64,000 nucleotides of DNA from positions 21,121,625-21,185,624 of the forward strand of contig JAHRHZ010000267.1 in the NCBI GenBank assembly GCA_024137785.1, in the 5' to 3' direction. Under the pieces are notes generated by a model. The model searched no databases, was not told the origin of the DNA, and worked only from the letters and a program-made list of their open reading frames with translations. How positions within the stretch are numbered: position 1 is the first letter of the stretch; the number at the start of each line of letters is the position of its first letter. The DNA comes from Ginglymostoma cirratum. Its lineage: Eukaryota. The translations under genes were made by a program, and so were the position numbers. Shown here piece by piece: positions 60,766 to 64,000 of this stretch.

Positions 60766-62039
60766 AATCATCATCATCATTATGGTAATATGTATCCCCA
60801 TTATTTCTTCCCAATAAAGTCATATTCCTGTCAGCCATTTGAACTTTGTTGCATTAAACTGCGGCTCCAATAATTTTCTACGACAACACGTCATTTTGCA
60901 ATTTACTGCTTTCTTCACAATAGCTGCTAGCTAAGTTTCATTATGAATTTGGATGTTAAAGATTTTAAATACTTCTGTCGCAAGAAAATCATGGAATGTA
61001 TTGCACTATGCCACACACCTCAGAATAGAACAGAATATCCATCACAGCATTTAATCACCCTTATAAAATCTAGAATATTTTTATTAGCTGCAATGATCAA
61101 GCCAGAAATTAAGATTCAAGATCCTGAAATGAGAACATCACCTGTCATAAAAATAAGCTTCTGGAAACATCATGGTTCTGATTTTGCACATATTGCACCA
61201 GAGATCTAAATCACATTTTATTTGCGATCTGTTCAATCTAATCTTTAAGTTTTGTCCTTGTCTTCTTTTTGTTTGTAAAGGCACCAGATGGCACATTGTA
61301 AAGTAACAGAAGGTAATTCAACAACACTGAATAGTGATTGGTTTTAACTTTGTATTTGGATAGTGATAGGAAATGAATTCCAATAGTGCCATCTCAAGGG
61401 GCTAAAACCAAATTATGGGCTGATAGACTATACCATATTCACAATGAAAATAAATCTGCAGTTATTTTGGAGGGCGTTCATTTCTAATCCTGAGTACGTG
61501 CCATGTTTGTACTTTCCTCTCCACAGAGGGGTGTGTAGGTCTTTGAATAAATGATCTATGGTATTATTATTGAATGGTTAATTTATAACGCATTTGGCAC
61601 AAACTGAATTTGTACATTGATACCATGATTTGATCTGCTTGTTGTTTCTCTGAAGGGTCGGACTTGTATTGATTGGGCACAATGGAGATTTCATGTTAAG
61701 CCATTCATTTATCAAAAGGGATTTTAGTTTAGCAGTTGTGATGGAGTATTTATAGCATATCCAAGGCACAGAATATCATGATTTCACCCTATAACGGAAT
61801 TTTTTTGTTTAATTGTTCAATCCTGATGATAGGAGAGAGAGGGCTTTCCTCATCCTGCTCCTCCTGTCCCTTCACCCACCACATCTGTTATTTTGTTGTT
61901 CTAGAACAGAATTTCATGGCAAGTGAGCCACTGAGTTCACTACAAGAAAATGTCGCCTAATTGAAGTACTTTGCAAATTAATAGATAACTTAAGGTTATA
62001 GTGTGATTTGTGCTGTCATTAGGAGTCACTGTTTGAGAA

Positions 62040-62335
62040 TTAGAAACATCAGTCAGGAAAGCAGTACGGAATGCCATATTTTCCGATAGGATTTCAAACC
62101 AAGACTTTCCAAGGAGGATATAAAAAAGATTCCCATTGCATGATCTGAAGGGGAGCAGAAAGATCTTCTGGTATTGTCTAATATTTATCCCATATCCAGC
62201 ATCAAAGCAGAACAGCTGGGGTGTTTTTTTTTAAGTTGAATTTGCTGCTTGTGACCCTTTGTGCAATTTTGCTGCTGTGGTTTAAGATCATTGGTCAACT
62301 ACATCCAACAATAGTCATTTTGGTCAAATATAATT
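62040..62335 (+). mobile_element. Deu-domain SINE remnant
   Basis: AAAGATTCCCATTGCA...GAAGGGGAGCAG...TCTTCTGGTATTGTCTAATATTTATCCC is the Deu core. Confidence 0.6.
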
Positions 62336-62344
62336 CATTCTTTC

Positions 62345-62595
62345 TGAAACCATTTATTGCCAATCTCGAGTTACTCATGAGTAATTGGTGGTGAGACACC
62401 TCCCACACCAACCCCAAACATCCGCAGCTCATTGTGAGGTGGGTAGAAGCACAGTATTGTTAGAGGGAGCTATAGAATTTTGCCCCAGCAGTGAGTGATG
62501 AAATGGTGATATAGTTCCAAGTCAAGAAGGTGTCTGGTTTTTAAATGCCTGGTCCAGTTTCTGGTCAAAATGGTAGCTCCCAAGGACGTTGGCAT
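62345..62595 (-). mobile_element. CR1-type LINE 3' tail
   Basis: CATTTATTGCC...GGTGGTGAG...CACAGTATTGTTAG.GGGAG...ATATAGTTCCAAGTCA is the reverse complement of the tail seen at 43430-43870. Confidence 0.7.
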
Positions 62596-62629
62596 CTGAC
62601 CTCATGGAGGGAAGTTCATTGAACAGGCA

Positions 62630-63535
62630 CAGCAGTAACATATTGTTTGCTGATGCTCAGTCTGAGATTGGTCAGGGCCAGTTTTTGAACAGTCAGGGGC
62701 ATTCAGCTCCCAGCTTCGTACCAATCACGGCCCAAATTTGGGCCAAAGAGCTGAACTCAAGAGGCAAGGGGAGATTGGCAGCTTTGCTGTTAAAGGTAGC
62801 ATTTGATGGAGTGACATTAAGGAGACCTCACAAACTGAATTCATTGGCAATCAGGGTGAAAACTCTCCACTAGTTGGAACCATATGTAGCACAAAAGGAA
62901 GTCATTGTGATTGTTGGTGGTCAGTCACCTCAATCTTTGGACATTTCTGCAGAACCTCCCAAGATTAGTATCCTAGGCTGAACCATCTTAAGCTACTTCA
63001 TCAATGGCGTTGCCTCTCTGGTGGTCAGAAGTGGAGAGGTTCAATGATGCTTACCGCATGTTCAACACCATTTGAGAGTCTTCAGATGCTAATCAGTCCA
63101 TGTCAAAATGCAACAGGACTAAAAGTATTCAGGGTCGGGCTAACAAATGCCAAGTAACATTCTTGCCATACAATTACTGTGATATCAAGAGCAGAGGGCT
63201 AGCAACGATGCAGTAAAGTAGCTCATAACTCCAAAAGCCTGCCAACCATCATAACTCAGAAATGTGAAGGAACACTCACCACTTGCCTGTGCGATTCTAA
63301 CAATATACAAAAAGCTTAGCAATATGTGGACCAAGGTAACCCCACAAACCATTCTGAGTTGAACTATCATTGTGCCTTCATTATTGCTGGGACAAAATCC
63401 TGCAACTGCCTTTGTTACAATGCTATAGATGACCCTACACCACATGGACTGCAATGGTTCAAATTGGCTTGCTAGCACTTGTTCAGTTGGAATGGGTCTA
63501 GACTGTAACAACGACATCCTGGGAAAGAACTTTTT
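62630..63535 (+). mobile_element. CR1-type LINE RT-to-tail fragment
   Basis: ORF 62589 ILFADAQS..QGHSAPSF..AQIWAKELNSRGKGRLAALLLKVAFDGV; tail CCTACACCACATGGACTGCAATGGTTCAA. Confidence 0.8.
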
Positions 63536-64000
63536 TAAAAATTGTAATTATTTCTATTGCAAAGAAATTAGAGATGTGTGTAATTATACTACGGATAACA
63601 TAGTGGCAGAGAGCTTAAAAAATGAGTGAAAACAAATGAGTGAAATGGCAAGTAAACCCAACATTAGGAGGTGAAAGACTAGAGTCCATTATTAGCAGCA
63701 TTTTAATAGGACACCACTTCTCCTTTAGTTTTTTGCCTGAATAAAGATCTAATCCACAACAGTACCGTTTCACCATAGGTAGTGCAAAGAGGCAGGTCCT
63801 GAAATCATTCACTCACCACAAGTGCTATTGTCATCAATATGATCTAATCCAGCCAAATATCTTCCATTCCCCACTTAACACTTCCCCAGAGTTTGAGTTT
63901 CTGTGATAACTTGCACTTTTACATGCATCTTCTAGCTCAAAGCAATCAATCAATAGTGCTGGTAGAGTCTGTAATTGTCTTTCCAGCATATGGCTGACTA

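Noticed and set aside
1-64000. CRISPR array, operon, prophage or other prokaryotic system
   Set aside because: No regularly spaced repeats and no gene-dense ORFs; the content is vertebrate retroposon-rich non-coding DNA

Overview
This is AT-rich eukaryotic DNA, almost certainly from a cartilaginous fish (shark), judged from HE1-type SINEs, HER1/CR1 LINEs, Deu-domain SINEs and shark-type Penelope remnants. I could not confidently identify any host protein-coding exon, tRNA, rRNA or miRNA gene, so it reads as a large intron or gene desert. Every ORF in the track that I could recognise is a decayed transposon fragment: CR1, Rex1/Babar or RTE reverse transcriptase, Penelope GIY-YIG, or Harbinger-type Myb/SANT. 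The most notable signal is a set of at least 8 minimal, dimer-type hammerhead-ribozyme motifs (CUGANGA-N-stemII-GAAAC-GUH) on Penelope-like terminal repeats from about 3 families. One family is very young (two copies 130/131 identical, one with a perfect 11-bp TSD), and several copies form inverted pairs or fold-backs. Also seen: a ~270-bp locally templated duplication pasted into a LINE tail, a non-autonomous family sharing the Rex1 3' tail, and a TATA/E-box palindrome cluster. Family names come from remembered motif recognition, not database searches, and boundaries of old repeats are approximate.
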